NCBI GenBank assembly: GCA_964016885.1
Contig: OZ024740.1
Location: forward strand, 255,130,001 to 255,194,000
Source of the DNA: Eledone cirrhosa
Lineage: Eukaryota
Direction of reading: 5' to 3'
Length of the DNA: 64,000 nt
The notes under the pieces were generated by a model. The model did no database searches. It was given only the letters and a program-made list of their open reading frames with translations, and was not told the origin of the DNA. The position numbers and the translations under genes are program-made. The first letter of the stretch is position 1. The number at the start of each line of letters is the position of its first letter. This document shows, in pieces, positions 1 through 12,638 of the stretch.

Positions 1-101
1 ATATCCTAGAAACGATCGTTAAATAATGAACTTTTTTTGTTTAATATAAGGAATTGTTTATTCATTATTTGTTTAATATTTTATATATATATATATATAT
101 T

Positions 102-1079
102 ATGAAGAGAGAAGAAACATTTAGATATAATTAGTAATAAAATGTATCATACCTAAACTGCTTCTAAATTCCTCGACTACGTAGTTTCGTGGCATAAACA
201 AAAACAATATATCATAAAGATATAGAGTACTTGCGAGGTCTGCCGACTTATCAAGAGGATACCTCATTTTACTAGTCTCAAGAACGCGTCTACACGACGT
301 GAGAAAGAATCCCAAAAGGCGGAGGGGGAGATAGTCACGCGATATAACGGTCGAGAAACAGAGCTAAGCCTCTTATAACCCCGAAGAAAATACCACGGAG
401 GCGGAGGGGGCATTTATATCGAGGCCGTAGAAGAGGTGGTATAGGAGGCGAGAAGTATGAGTAATGGAAGCTTTCCAGCTGTCCTCACACTTCAAAGATT
501 GCTCGACCAGAGGGAGTTATTAACAATATATTTAGAAACACACAGATACATGCGGACACACACATATATACATGAATGCATCCGCACCCAACTGTGAGTT
601 AAGGGTGCCAACTTCACCGATGTTGCTCAATGAATGACTGGGACAGACCTATCCAATTGAACTAGACTGAACCAGTATCAGAGTTAAAAATACATTATGA
701 AGAGAGAAGAAACATTTAGATATAATTAGTAATAAAATGTATCATACCTAAACTGCTTCTAAATTCCTCGACTACGTAGTTTCGTGGCATAAACAAAAAC
801 AATATATCATAAAGATATAGAGTACTTGCGAGGTCTGCCGACTTATCAAGAGGATACCTCATTTTACTAGTCTCAAGAACGCGTCTACACGACGTGAGAA
901 AGAATCCCAAAAGGCGGAGGGGGAGATAGTCACGCGATATAACGGTCGAGAAACAGAGCTAAGCCACCGATGTTGCTCATTCATTGAGCAACATCGGTGA
1001 AGTTGGCACCCTTAACTCACAGTTGGGTGCGGATGCATTCATGTATATATGTGTGTGTCCGCATGTATCTGTGTGTTTC

Positions 1080-1085
<6 letters not shown>
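102..1085 (-). mobile_element. Non-coding HHR-bearing repeat family F: 595-bp tandem unit, partial second unit and short fold-back
   Basis: 102-366 repeats at 697-961 (period 595). 980-1085 is the reverse complement of ~525-630, with a hairpin pivot near 965-995. Flanked by (TA)n. Diverged homolog at 50355-51295. Confidence 0.8.
170..259 (-). ncRNA. Type I hammerhead ribozyme, U3-A8 core variant (copy at 765-854)
   Basis: Minus strand: stem I TCCTC, core TTGATAA, stem II GTCGGCA...TGCCAC, GAAA, palindromic CTACGTAG, TC, stem I GAGGA. Confidence 0.75.
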
Positions 1086-1139
<54 letters not shown>

Positions 1140-1143
<4 letters not shown>

Positions 1144-2040
1144 TGTATACATGCACATGTATATATATATGTACGCATGGATTTGCCGAACATTTATTAT
1201 AATGTTCGGTTTGTTTGTAAACAAACATCCCGAATTAAGCCGTACAGTGTTTAGCAACCATCGTTTCCCTTTTGTTCAACACTGACAAAGGAACGATGTA
1301 CTAGTTTCAAGCTTATTAGCTATCGTCAGCAACGTATACTTTCCTGCCAGATGATTGAACGTCTGAAAGTATATACTTTCCTTATGCATATTAACGGCTG
1401 AGCAGCCTAATTTGCATTTCGAGTGAGTTAATCGGCCGGGCGAAAACACTGTACGGCTTAATTCGGGATGTTTGTTTACAAAGAAATCGAAGATTATAAT
1501 AAATGTTCGGTAAATCCATACGTACATATATATACGTGTGCATGTATGTATATATATACATACTACTGTACTTCTGTATACATATATGTATGTACGTATA
1601 CATTCTTATATTTAAGTAACAGCCGTACTAAGAGTGAGAAATGAAATTTCGTTTCATTTTTTCCATTTATCGTTTTCGGTGCGCCCGGCCGATTAACTCA
1701 CTCAATATACAAATTAGGCTGCTCAGCCGTTAATATGCATAAGGAAAGTATATACTTTCAGACGTTCAATCATCTGGCAGGAACGTATACGGTGCTGACG
1801 ATAGCTAATAAGCTTGAAACTAGTACAGCGTTCCTTTGTCAGTGTTGAACAAAAGGGCAACGATGGTTGCTAAACATTATACGGCTTAATTCGGGATGTT
1901 TGTTTACAAACAAACCGAATATTATAATAAATGTTCGGCAAATCCATGCGTACATATATATATATACATGTGCATGTATGTATATATATACATCCTACTG
2001 TACGTCTGCATACATATATGTATGTACGTATACATACTTA

Positions 2041-2045
<5 letters not shown>
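1140..2045. mobile_element. Family B HHR-bearing element in nested inverted copies
   Basis: ~1140-1440 is the reverse complement of ~1684-1980. Homologous to units at 7240-7830, 11665-12638 and 35050-35580. Confidence 0.8.
1789..1831 (+). ncRNA. Minimal type I HHR, family B (minus-strand copies 1293-1335, 7546-7588, 11816-11858, 12295-12337, 35258-35300)
   Basis: ACGGTG CTGACGA T AGCT-AATA-AGCT T GAAA CTAG TA CA(T/G)CGT. Stem I ACGGTG/CATCGT pairs fully in the 7546 and 11816 copies. Confidence 0.8.
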
Positions 2046-2111
<66 letters not shown>

Positions 2112-2368
2112 GACGTTGATTTTCGTTAATTCCTGAGCTGAAAACGATTCTCGCTAATTTATATTTATATATATATATATATATATATTTAATATACGTA
2201 TATATATATATGTGTGCATGTATCTATATATATATACATACTACTGTACATCTGTATACATATATGTATGTACGTATACATACTTATATTTAAGTAACAG
2301 CCGTACTAAGAGTGAGAAAGGAAATTTCGTTTCATTTTTTCCATTTATATATATATGTATACGTATAT

Positions 2369-2435
<67 letters not shown>

Positions 2436-2589
2436 GTAGGTCCCGGGTTGAGTCGGGGATAACCACAGTAAGTAAGGTACTCAATACATGGCAGAGTAAC
2501 ATTTTTTTATATTTTATAGAAGGAGCTTCTACAGGACTAGTACTGTTTCATTCAGATGAAATCTTCAGGAAATATATATATATATACTT

Positions 2590-3360
2590 CAATAATATTA
2601 AATAAATGGAAACTATATTTATAAAACCATATTTATTCTATTATATATATTTGAAGGGTACCAAAACTTTGGTACGCCCTCATCAGATAAAATACAAAGT
2701 TTGTTTTATAAATATTGACATATCCAGGAAGAAGATGTTTGAACTGTTAAGAACTTCTTCCTGGATATGTCAATATTTATAAAACAAACTTTGTATTTTA
2801 TCTGATGAGAGCGTACCAAAGTTTTCGTACCCTTGAAATATATATAACAGAATAAATATGGTTAAACTTTGGGAGGGTCATGTTGAAAATAAGAAACACA
2901 CGCACCAGTTGCTTTCACTTCAATTTATTATAAATTTCCGGTTGGTTGGTTGCTTCCACAACCGGATGGTTGTTCATATATTGTCAAAGTTCTTTCGTCA
3001 CACATTCTGTGAAGAAAAGAATCCCCAGTCACTGAAGAGGTCGCAGAATGTGTGAAGAAAGAACTTTGACAATATATGAACAGCCATCCGGTTGTAGAAC
3101 CAACCAACCAACCGGAAATTTATAATAAATTGAAGTAAAAGCACTAGTGCGTGTGTTTCTTATTTACAACATGACCCTCCCAAAGTATAACAATATCGGT
3201 TTCAACACACGTTTTCAGCTAAAGAATCTTGCTAAATATAGTTTCCATTTATTTAATAGCATTGAATATTATACTCCAGAAAAACTGTCTAGTGCTTCAA
3301 ATTAGTTATAAACATATATATTTGTTGAATTACCAACTAATTAAATATCCCTTTTGCTTA
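2590..3360 (+). mobile_element. Family D fold-back PLE 3'-end element, interrupted by a family A fold-back (2870-3235)
   Basis: Inverted arms 2625-2735 and 2755-2865. The sequence resumes at 3236 after the insert. HHR-like motif at 2794-2854 (CTGATGA...GAAA TATATA TA). Confidence 0.7.
2870..3235 (+). mobile_element. Non-autonomous fold-back copy of the pLTR of the intact PLE (family A)
   Basis: 3015-3235 is similar to 11350-11605. 2870-3010 is its inverted partial copy. HHR at 3028-3070. Confidence 0.85.
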
Positions 3361-3478
3361 TATATATATGTATTGAAGTTTTCGTTGAAAACAGAAAAAG
3401 TCATAGGAGTGAAGAGTGCTCTATGTAAGTACCAGAGCAAAATTTAATGTATAAAAAAACAACAATACAATATAATTA

Positions 3479-3548
3479 CCTCATTACCAGAGGTTTCCCG
3501 AATAAGGCGAATACGAAAGAAACGTCTTCATTCGTTCTTCGGACGAGG
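3479..3548 (-). ncRNA. Type I HHR, U4C variant
   Basis: Minus: CCTCGT CCGAAGA A CGAATGAAG...CTTATTCG G GAAA CC-TCT-GG TA ATGAGG. Confidence 0.6.
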
Positions 3549-4745
3549 CAATATAAAACATAGCTAAATATTTGGAAAGTCTCCTCAAGAAATGCAAAAA
3601 AAATTATGTAAATATAGGTAAAGGTAATACAATAGACATATAAAATATATAAAAAAATTTTTAAGAAATATAGTTAGGTGTGTGTATATGTATGTATATA
3701 CACTCACAGATGTACATATGTATGTACAAATGTGTGTGTATAGTGAAAATGTGTGCGTAAATATATATATGAGGGTAAGTATATCTGTGTATATGTAACT
3801 ACAGACACAGACATGAATGTCCGGTTGACAGATATACAGAAAAACAGGGTATTAGATACATTATAAGAATATGAAGGCACGCGTATAAACACACACACAC
3901 GCGCGTACACTTATATGCGGAAGAAAAAGAGGTAAGGGAGTCTAATAGTAAAAAGAAAGTATCATTCTCGATATATTTATAAAAATGGAACAATAATTTA
4001 GAAAGAAAATTGCGAAGTAAAGAAAACAAACAAGGTACACGCGTACATACACACATATATCTACAAGAAACGTATATCTATAAAATATATATATATATAT
4101 ACACGCAAAACGTGCAGACAAAAGCGTATGCAAGTATATATACACACACAGGATGCACACATATACATACATACACCTCGCCCCATGTATATCTAATCAC
4201 GCGTACGTACGCGACTGTATACTCAGACACACATACACACACATAAATATATACATACATATATACATACGCACACATACACATCCATACATTCAGTACG
4301 TACACACACACATACACATACATACACTCACGCACGTTGACCCGCTTACATGCGCACACATAAAAATAAGAATGTAAAAAAATAGATGTAAAAACACAGA
4401 TATAAAAACACACACACATACACATATATATACACACGCACGCGCGCGCACATACGGAGGCGTTCGTGTACATATACAGAAAGTATACACACATAAAGAC
4501 GCTCAGACACATAGATACAGGGTGTAAAACGGCCTTGTGAATAAGTGAGTACAAATATAAAAAATATAAGAATGGCTGCGAAATAACAGAAAATATCTGG
4601 AGTGGAAAACGCAAGTGACTACTGTAATCAGGTAGTGAAAAAAATAGGGAAGTAAAAAGTGGAAAGTGAAGATATTAGGTAAGTGAATCGGAGAATAAAG
4701 GGGGGGGGGGGTTAGTGGTGGATGTGAAGTAAAAAAAAAAAAAAA

Positions 4746-4776
<31 letters not shown>

Positions 4777-4889
4777 TAAAAATGAAATTAATAATAAGGT
4801 TAAAAATGAAAGTAAATCAGAAAAGGTAGTCTTAAAGAGAATAATAAGAGCTTATGGAGGATAAGTATCTGAAAGTGTGTTAAGTTTAT

Positions 4890-5735
4890 ATGAGCTGGAA
4901 AGCGGGTGTGAATTCATGTGTGGGCAACTGGTGAAAATTTTTGTCTTTGTGTTTAGGCAGGTCTTTGGTGATTTAAGTTTTGCAAAATCCAATATTTTTC
5001 ATTTATACAGAGCGTGCATTTTCTTGTTCCCCTTGCATATTCTTTAGATTGGTTCAAATGTGACCAATCCAATTTATATTGGATACCTTGGTCTTTCAAA
5101 TCCCATATTCTGCTAGCCAGAGCTGTTGTAAATCTTTTTTCTGGATGTCAAAAGGATGCGACATGTGAGTAATAACGCGTTTTGAATTTGTCTTGCGTCA
5201 TACCCACATATCGTTCACTGGTGGCTGGTTGGTTGTTGCTGATGGTTGTCACTTTAGCCGCATATACAATGGATTTGGTGTTGCATTTACCTTGTAATGG
5301 GCATTCACTTTTGATTCTAGAGGAGCAATTTTGATGTTCTCTAGATGATTTTTTGTTGATGATATAGGATTTAATAGGGGGACCGCACGAGTAGCTAATT
5401 TTGACACAGTTTCTATTAAAGATCTTATAGTATCTATGTGTTCTAGGGAAATGTTTATCTAAGAGCTCTAGGAATTTTTTGCCTACATTAGTTTTAACTG
5501 CTAGAGAGTAGGGGTGTGTGAACCAGATTATTTTTCTTTTCCTGTTTTTATGTTTAATAGAGTTAGTATAGTTGTGTATGTATTTAATCGGTTCGCTAAA
5601 ACCGCTATTTTGGAGGGCTTTATTATAGTAGGGGGATGCCTTATTGAAAATAGCTTCTGAGGAAGAGAGGGTGGAGATCCTACGGCTAATATTAGGGATA
5701 AGGATTTTAAAAACTATAGGAGGATGGCAAGAGCC

Positions 5736-5742
<7 letters not shown>
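4890..5742 (-). pseudogene. 5'-truncated Penelope-like element fragment (RT thumb/linker and GIY-YIG)
   Basis: Manual minus-strand translation gives INKGSCHPPIVFK, IIWFTHPYSLAVKTNVGKKFLELLDKHFP, KIFNRNCVKISYSC, CPLQGKCNTKSIVYAAKV and YVGMTQDKFKTRYYSH. Its 3' UTR probably runs to the HHR at 3479. Confidence 0.85.
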
Positions 5743-5773
<31 letters not shown>

Positions 5774-5774
5774 A

Positions 5775-6966
<1,192 letters not shown>

Positions 6967-7239
6967 AAGCCAAATTTTAAACATTTGACTTATTTATTTT
7001 ATTTTATTTTACATTACTCCGGAGTAACCAAACCAACCTGCGCACTTCGTTGAGTGCTTCAATCTGCATACTGAGGTGTTGGTATACAACTAACATATAC
7101 TAAATAAAAAATATATATATATTTATATATATATATATATAAATATAAATTCAGCGAGAATCGTATTTCGGCTGTTAGAAAAAGCGAAACGAAACGCAAA
7201 ATCGTAGAAATGCTGGCATATACATATATATATATATAT

Positions 7240-7353
7240 AAGTTGGAATAGAATGAAACGAAATTTCATTTCTCACTCTTATACGGCACTTACTTAAATG
7301 TAAGTATGTATGTATACGTACATACATATATGTATACAGACGTACAGTAGCAT

Positions 7354-7396
<43 letters not shown>

Positions 7397-7830
7397 CAGG
7401 CACACATATATATATGTACGTATCATTTTAGCGAATATTTATTATAACATTCGCTTTGTTCGCTTGTAAACAAACGGACAGCCTGATTTATACCGTACGG
7501 TGTTAAGGCAACCACGTCACCTTTTTGTTCAACACTGACACATGAACGATGTACTAGTTTCAAGCTTGTTAGCTATCGTCAGCACCGTATACCCTTCTGC
7601 CAAATGGTTGAACGTTCGAAAGTATATACTTTCCTTCTGAAAATTAACGGCTGAGCAGCCTAATTTGCATATCGAGTGAGTTCAGTCGGCCAGGCGCACC
7701 GAAAACGATAAGTTGGAATAGAATGAAACGAAATTTCATTTCTCACTCTTAGTACGGCACTTACTTAAATGTAAGTATGTATGTATACGTACATACATAT
7801 ATGTATTGAGACGTACAGTAGCATGTATAT
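7240..7830 (-). mobile_element. Family B tandem array, left part (continues at 11665-12638)
   Basis: AGTTGGAATAGAA at 7241, 7711, 11981 and 12460 (period 470-480). One HHR per unit. Confidence 0.85.
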
Positions 7831-7961
7831 ATATATATATATATATATATTGTTATACTTTGGGAGGGTCATGTTGCCAATAAGAAACACACGCACCAGT
7901 TGCTTTCACTTCAATTTAATTTAATATATATTTATAAATTTACAAATTTACAAATTTCTGG

Positions 7962-10900
7962 TTGGTTCAAAATCAAAAACATCAAAAACAAAAAAACAAA
8001 AACAAAAGCAACAATATACGCACACACATATACAACACACATCCCAGCAACAACAGACACACACACACAAACAACAATAACAACAACAATAGCAACATAC
8101 CCAGATACAACACCAACAATAGCAACATACCCAGATACAACAGACACGCAGACACAAACAACAATAACAACACACACGGAGACAACAATAACAACAACAC
8201 ACACATCAACAACAACAACAACAGCAACATACCCAGATACAACAACAACAGACACGCAAACACAAACAACAATAACAACACACACAACAACGATAACACA
8301 CACACACACGGAGACAACAACACACATCAACAACAACACACATCAACAACAACAACACACACACATTCAATGCCTCTCACCACCACTACAATCTTAACAA
8401 ACACACAGACACAGAAAACAAGTAATGACAGTAGCACAGAAATCAGAGAAATAAGAGAAAGTAATAGGATTAAAAGGAGTAGGGAGACTAAGGACAAAGA
8501 GAATAACCAAGACGAACACACAGACACACAAAATAGGGTAGATAACAACATTGAGCCAGTGGAAAGAGACAGGAGTAATTATGAGAGACATAGAAACAAC
8601 CATGAAGCTGAGGCTGCTGCTGTTGGTGGAAATAGAAACAACACAACTAACAATAGCACTAGTACACATAAAGCAGCAGCCTGGAACTCTCCGTTTTATA
8701 ACCCCTCCGATAAATCATTCGACCTACGACGAGTCCACGCCACGACTTTGCCATTTAACAAACGCACGCAGTTGCCGTCGCAGGTCGATGAACAAACAGA
8801 AGCACAATTTAGTATAGCTAAATCCGAACTTAGAAATATTATAGAACAGTATAGCAAGAAGCATAATAGAATAGAGGCCCAGCAACTGGGAGAAGAATCT
8901 GCAAATGGCTTGCGTAAGCTCATGCAGCGCTCGCGTAATGGAGAGATAGCATGCTTTCCAACAGACAAGTCTGGCAGAATGTCGGTTGACAGCCTGCCAA
9001 ACTACATCCAGGCAATGCAACCCCACATCACTAACACAAGAGAGGTAACACCACAGGAGCATGAGGATAGAGAAAAAACCCTCAATGCCCATATGGTGAT
9101 GTGGACAAATATAATGCAGCCCAACAAAAGGACTGCCAACAACTTCCAGGCCTGGAACAATGACGTGCCGGCGTTGTATGGGCTTCGAAAAGACCATAAA
9201 ACGGGCTGGGACCCTGTCGCGGGACCACCAACACGGCCAGTCTGTGGGGCTAACATTGCTAGTAACTACAGACTGTCCTACTTCCTCTCCCTGATCATAC
9301 GCCCCATCATTGAGATGTCCCCAGATGTGTGTGACAGCACGGAGGACCTCCTCAGCAGAATCGGCGCGGGTAACCGATCTGGGGACCTAACAAACTGCAT
9401 AATAGGCAGTATGGATGTTGTGTCCCTGTATCCATCTATTGACGTGGATTTTGCTGTGGAGAAATGCGTCGAAATGATCAGCGAGAGCAAGGTTGAGTTC
9501 CGTGGGATTGATACCAGTGAGCTGGGACTTCTACTTAAGCTTACCCATAGTAATAGTTACCTAGACACTTATGACCTTAGCAACCTGTGCCCTACAAGAC
9601 CAGCAAGAGGCAGACCACCTACCATTACCTCAATGGCCAAGAAAACCCACACAGATAGATGGAACGGGTGGACCAGAGCCATACGGACACCCGAAAACCA
9701 CGATGAACTGAAGAAAATGATTGCACATGCGGTAGGGGCCAGCATAAAATTAACCCTTAAGGAACATATGTTCAAATTTAATGGTAAAACATATGCCCAA
9801 GAGGAAGGAGCAGCCATTGGTGTTAGCATTGCAGGCGACATAGCTAACTTGTTCATGGTATGGTGGGACAGTAGACTTAAACAAAAACTTAAAGAACAAT
9901 TAGAAGACAGCTTAACCCTGATAATGTACTCCCGCTACGTAGATGATATAAACATCGTAGTTAAGACACCCCCACTAAAGAACAGTCAGGAACCAGAGAA
10001 AAACACAATGGAAAGCATCCAGCAAATAGCAAACTCCATCCACCAGAGCATTAGAGTTACTATAGACTACCCAAGTAGACACCCCAACCATCGATTACCT
10101 GTACTAGACACAGAGCTCTGGTTAGATACTATTAACAACCAAAAACAAATCCTCCATTCCCATTATGCCAAACCCATGACTTCCAAACATCTGATCCACC
10201 GAAACTCGGCCATTTCGGACCATACCAAAATCAACATACTGATTGCGGATTTGATACGGGTGATGAGAAATGTGTCCCGCATGTGCAACCCCGAAGAACT
10301 AGAGAGACACATACAACACTTCATCCACCGTATGCAGTTCTCTGGTTACAATCAGAGAGATAGAATCAGAGTGTATAAAGGAGCCAGAACCAAATGGGAA
10401 AAAATGGTAAATAATGACATAAATGGGACCTGCCCCTTGTATAGGAGCAAATTTTGGAATAGAATAGAAAGAACTAAGAACAAGGCCAATAGAATAAACT
10501 CATGGTATGATAGCAATAAATACCAGAGTGTAATGTTCATCAATACAACCCCTAGAGGCGAACTAGCCTACAAATTTAGAAGGGCCCTAAATAAACATAA
10601 TCTCAATATTAAGATAGTAGAAAGACCTGGTACCTCCGTAAAAACACTTATTAGCAAGACATACCCGTTCCAAAGACCCTCATGTATAGATAAGAAATGT
10701 ATAACCTGTAAAATAAGCCCCCATATTAACTGTAAAACTAGAAATGTAGTATATAGCATAAGATGTACTGAAGGACAATGTAGAAACAAAAATATAGTGT
10801 ACATAGGTGAGACAGCTCGTAGTATAGGGGAACGAATAAATGAACACTGGCGAGACCTCCAAGATAGTAAAGAATCATCTGTGCTCTACCAACATGCTAA

Positions 10901-11066
10901 GATAGAACACAGGGGTAAATTAGAGAGCATAGAAATAAAAATAGAATCCACACACAAGAAAGACGCAATGTTTAGGCAAATTACAGAGGCAGTAAGCATA
11001 AAAGAATTAAAACCAAAATTAAATAGAAAATATGAGTGGAACAGCAACATCACAACTTACAATTAA
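7962..11066 (+). CDS. PLE polyprotein with reverse transcriptase, Cys-rich linker and GIY-YIG endonuclease (likely Naiad/Neptune type). First ATG at 8370; the 7962 start is a TTG inside the inverted pLTR.
   Basis: DKSG; LYGLRKDHK..GPPTRPVCGA; GSMDVVSLYPSI; QEEGAAIGVSIAGDIANLFM; YSRYVDD; LPVLD; CxxxxCxxC..C; NVVYSIRC..VYIGETARSIGERINEH; EAVSI..PKLN. No internal stops. Confidence 0.95.
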   Translation: MVQNQKHQKQKNKNKSNNIRTHIYNTHPSNNRHTHTNNNNNNNSNIPRYNTNNSNIPRYNRHADTNNNNNTHGDNNNNNTHINNNNNSNIPRYNNNRHANTNNNNNTHNNDNTHTHGDNNTHQQQHTSTTTTHTHSMPLTTTTILTNTQTQKTSNDSSTEIREIRESNRIKRSRETKDKENNQDEHTDTQNRVDNNIEPVERDRSNYERHRNNHEAEAAAVGGNRNNTTNNSTSTHKAAAWNSPFYNPSDKSFDLRRVHATTLPFNKRTQLPSQVDEQTEAQFSIAKSELRNIIEQYSKKHNRIEAQQLGEESANGLRKLMQRSRNGEIACFPTDKSGRMSVDSLPNYIQAMQPHITNTREVTPQEHEDREKTLNAHMVMWTNIMQPNKRTANNFQAWNNDVPALYGLRKDHKTGWDPVAGPPTRPVCGANIASNYRLSYFLSLIIRPIIEMSPDVCDSTEDLLSRIGAGNRSGDLTNCIIGSMDVVSLYPSIDVDFAVEKCVEMISESKVEFRGIDTSELGLLLKLTHSNSYLDTYDLSNLCPTRPARGRPPTITSMAKKTHTDRWNGWTRAIRTPENHDELKKMIAHAVGASIKLTLKEHMFKFNGKTYAQEEGAAIGVSIAGDIANLFMVWWDSRLKQKLKEQLEDSLTLIMYSRYVDDINIVVKTPPLKNSQEPEKNTMESIQQIANSIHQSIRVTIDYPSRHPNHRLPVLDTELWLDTINNQKQILHSHYAKPMTSKHLIHRNSAISDHTKINILIADLIRVMRNVSRMCNPEELERHIQHFIHRMQFSGYNQRDRIRVYKGARTKWEKMVNNDINGTCPLYRSKFWNRIERTKNKANRINSWYDSNKYQSVMFINTTPRGELAYKFRRALNKHNLNIKIVERPGTSVKTLISKTYPFQRPSCIDKKCITCKISPHINCKTRNVVYSIRCTEGQCRNKNIVYIGETARSIGERINEHWRDLQDSKESSVLYQHAKIEHRGKLESIEIKIESTHKKDAMFRQITEAVSIKELKPKLNRKYEWNSNITTYN

Positions 11067-11363
11067 GGACAAAATGAAAACACACACACACATAGAACAA
11101 ACAACTTACAATTGAAAACACACACAAAATGAAAACACACACAAGACAAAATGAAAACACACACACACATAGAACAAACAACCAACCAACAATAAATAAA
11201 TAAATAAACAAACAAGTATAAATAGAAAAATAGAAAAATGAACACAAACACACACAGACACCCGGATGTGGCGCATGCGCAAACTGAGCACGCAACCCAG
11301 ACACAAACAAAATGGCGTAGGATAGAAGAAAGGAAAGGCACAGAAACGAAGAAAGAAATCCCC

Positions 11364-11408
11364 AGTCACTGAAGAGGTCACAGAGTGTGTGACGAAAGAA
11401 CTATGACT
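11364..11408 (+). ncRNA. Minimal type I HHR in the PLE 3' pLTR (family A; copies 3028-3070 +, 45067-45109 +, 44725-44767 -)
   Basis: AGTCA CTGAAGA G GTCAC...GTGAC GAAA GAAC TA TGACT. Confidence 0.85.
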
Positions 11409-11619
11409 ATATATATATAAACAACTATCTGGTTGTGGAACCAACCAACCAACCAGAAATTTATAAATTTGTAAATTTATAAATATATATTAAATTAAAT
11501 TGAAGTGAAAGCAACTGGTGCGTGTGTTTCTTATTGGCAACATGACCCTCCCAAAGTATAACAATATCGGTTTCAACACACGATTTCAGATAAAGAATCT
11601 TGCTAAACAAATTCAGAAA

Positions 11620-11664
<45 letters not shown>

Positions 11665-11669
<5 letters not shown>

Positions 11670-12092
11670 GCACACATATATATATGTACGTATCAGTTTA
11701 GCGAATATTTATTATAACATACGCTTTGTTCGCTTGTAAACAAACGGACAGCCTGATTTATGCCGTACGGTGATAAGGCAACCACGTCACCTTTTTGTTC
11801 AACACTGACACAGGAACGATGTACTAGTTTCAAGCTTGTTAGCTATCGTCAGCACCGTATACCCTTCTGCCAGATGGTTGAACATTCGAAAGTATATACT
11901 TTCCTTCTGAAAATTAACGACTGAGCAGCCTAATTTGTATATCGAGTGAGTTCAGTCGGCCAGGCGCACCGAAAACGATAAGTTGGAATAGAATGAAACA
12001 AAATTTCATTTCTCACTCTTATTACGGCACTTACTTAAATGTAAGTATGTATGTATACGTACATACATATATGTATACAGACGTACAGTAGC

Positions 12093-12148
<56 letters not shown>

Positions 12149-12566
12149 GCACACATATATATATGTACGTATCAGTTTAGCGAATATTTATTATAACATT
12201 CGCTTTGTTCGCTTGTAAACAAACGGACAGCCTGATTTATGCCGTACGGTGTTAAGGCAACCACGTCACCTTTTTGTTCAACACTGACACAGGAACGATA
12301 TACTAGTTTCAAGCTTGTTAGCTATCCTCAGCACCGTATACCCTTCTGCCAGATGGTTGAACGTTCGAAAGTATATACTTTCCTTATGAAAATTAACGGC
12401 TGAGCAGCCTAATTTGCATATCGAGTGAGTTCAGTCGGCCAGGCGCACCGAAAACGATAAGTTGGAATAGAACTAAATTTCATTTCTCACTCTTAGTACG
12501 GCACTTACTTAAATGTAACTATGTATGTATACGTACATACATATATGTATACAGACGTACAGTAGC

Positions 12567-12611
<45 letters not shown>

Positions 12612-12638
12612 CAGGCACACATATATATATGTACGTAT
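11665..12638 (-). mobile_element. Family B tandem array, right part (two ~478-bp units)
   Basis: Direct repeats 11665-12142 and 12143-12615, each with an HHR and an internal (TA)n. Confidence 0.88.

Larger units (their letters stand above)
7851..11622 (+). mobile_element. Penelope-like retroelement: inverted partial 5' pLTR (7851-7968), ORF, 3' pLTR with HHR, unduplicated ~60-nt tail; inserted in (TA)n
   Basis: 7851-7968 is the reverse complement of ~11445-11562. (TA)n on both sides. This is the typical PLE architecture. Confidence 0.93.

Noticed and set aside
121-910. Duplicated 64-aa ORF as a small gene
   Set aside because: It has a non-ATG start, overlaps the HHR of a tandem repeat, and the frame is not kept in the 50.4-51.1 kb homologs.
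7962-11622. Selenoprotein Naiad (in-frame UGA plus SECIS)
   Set aside because: The ORF has no in-frame TGA and ends in TAA, and I saw no clear SECIS by eye.
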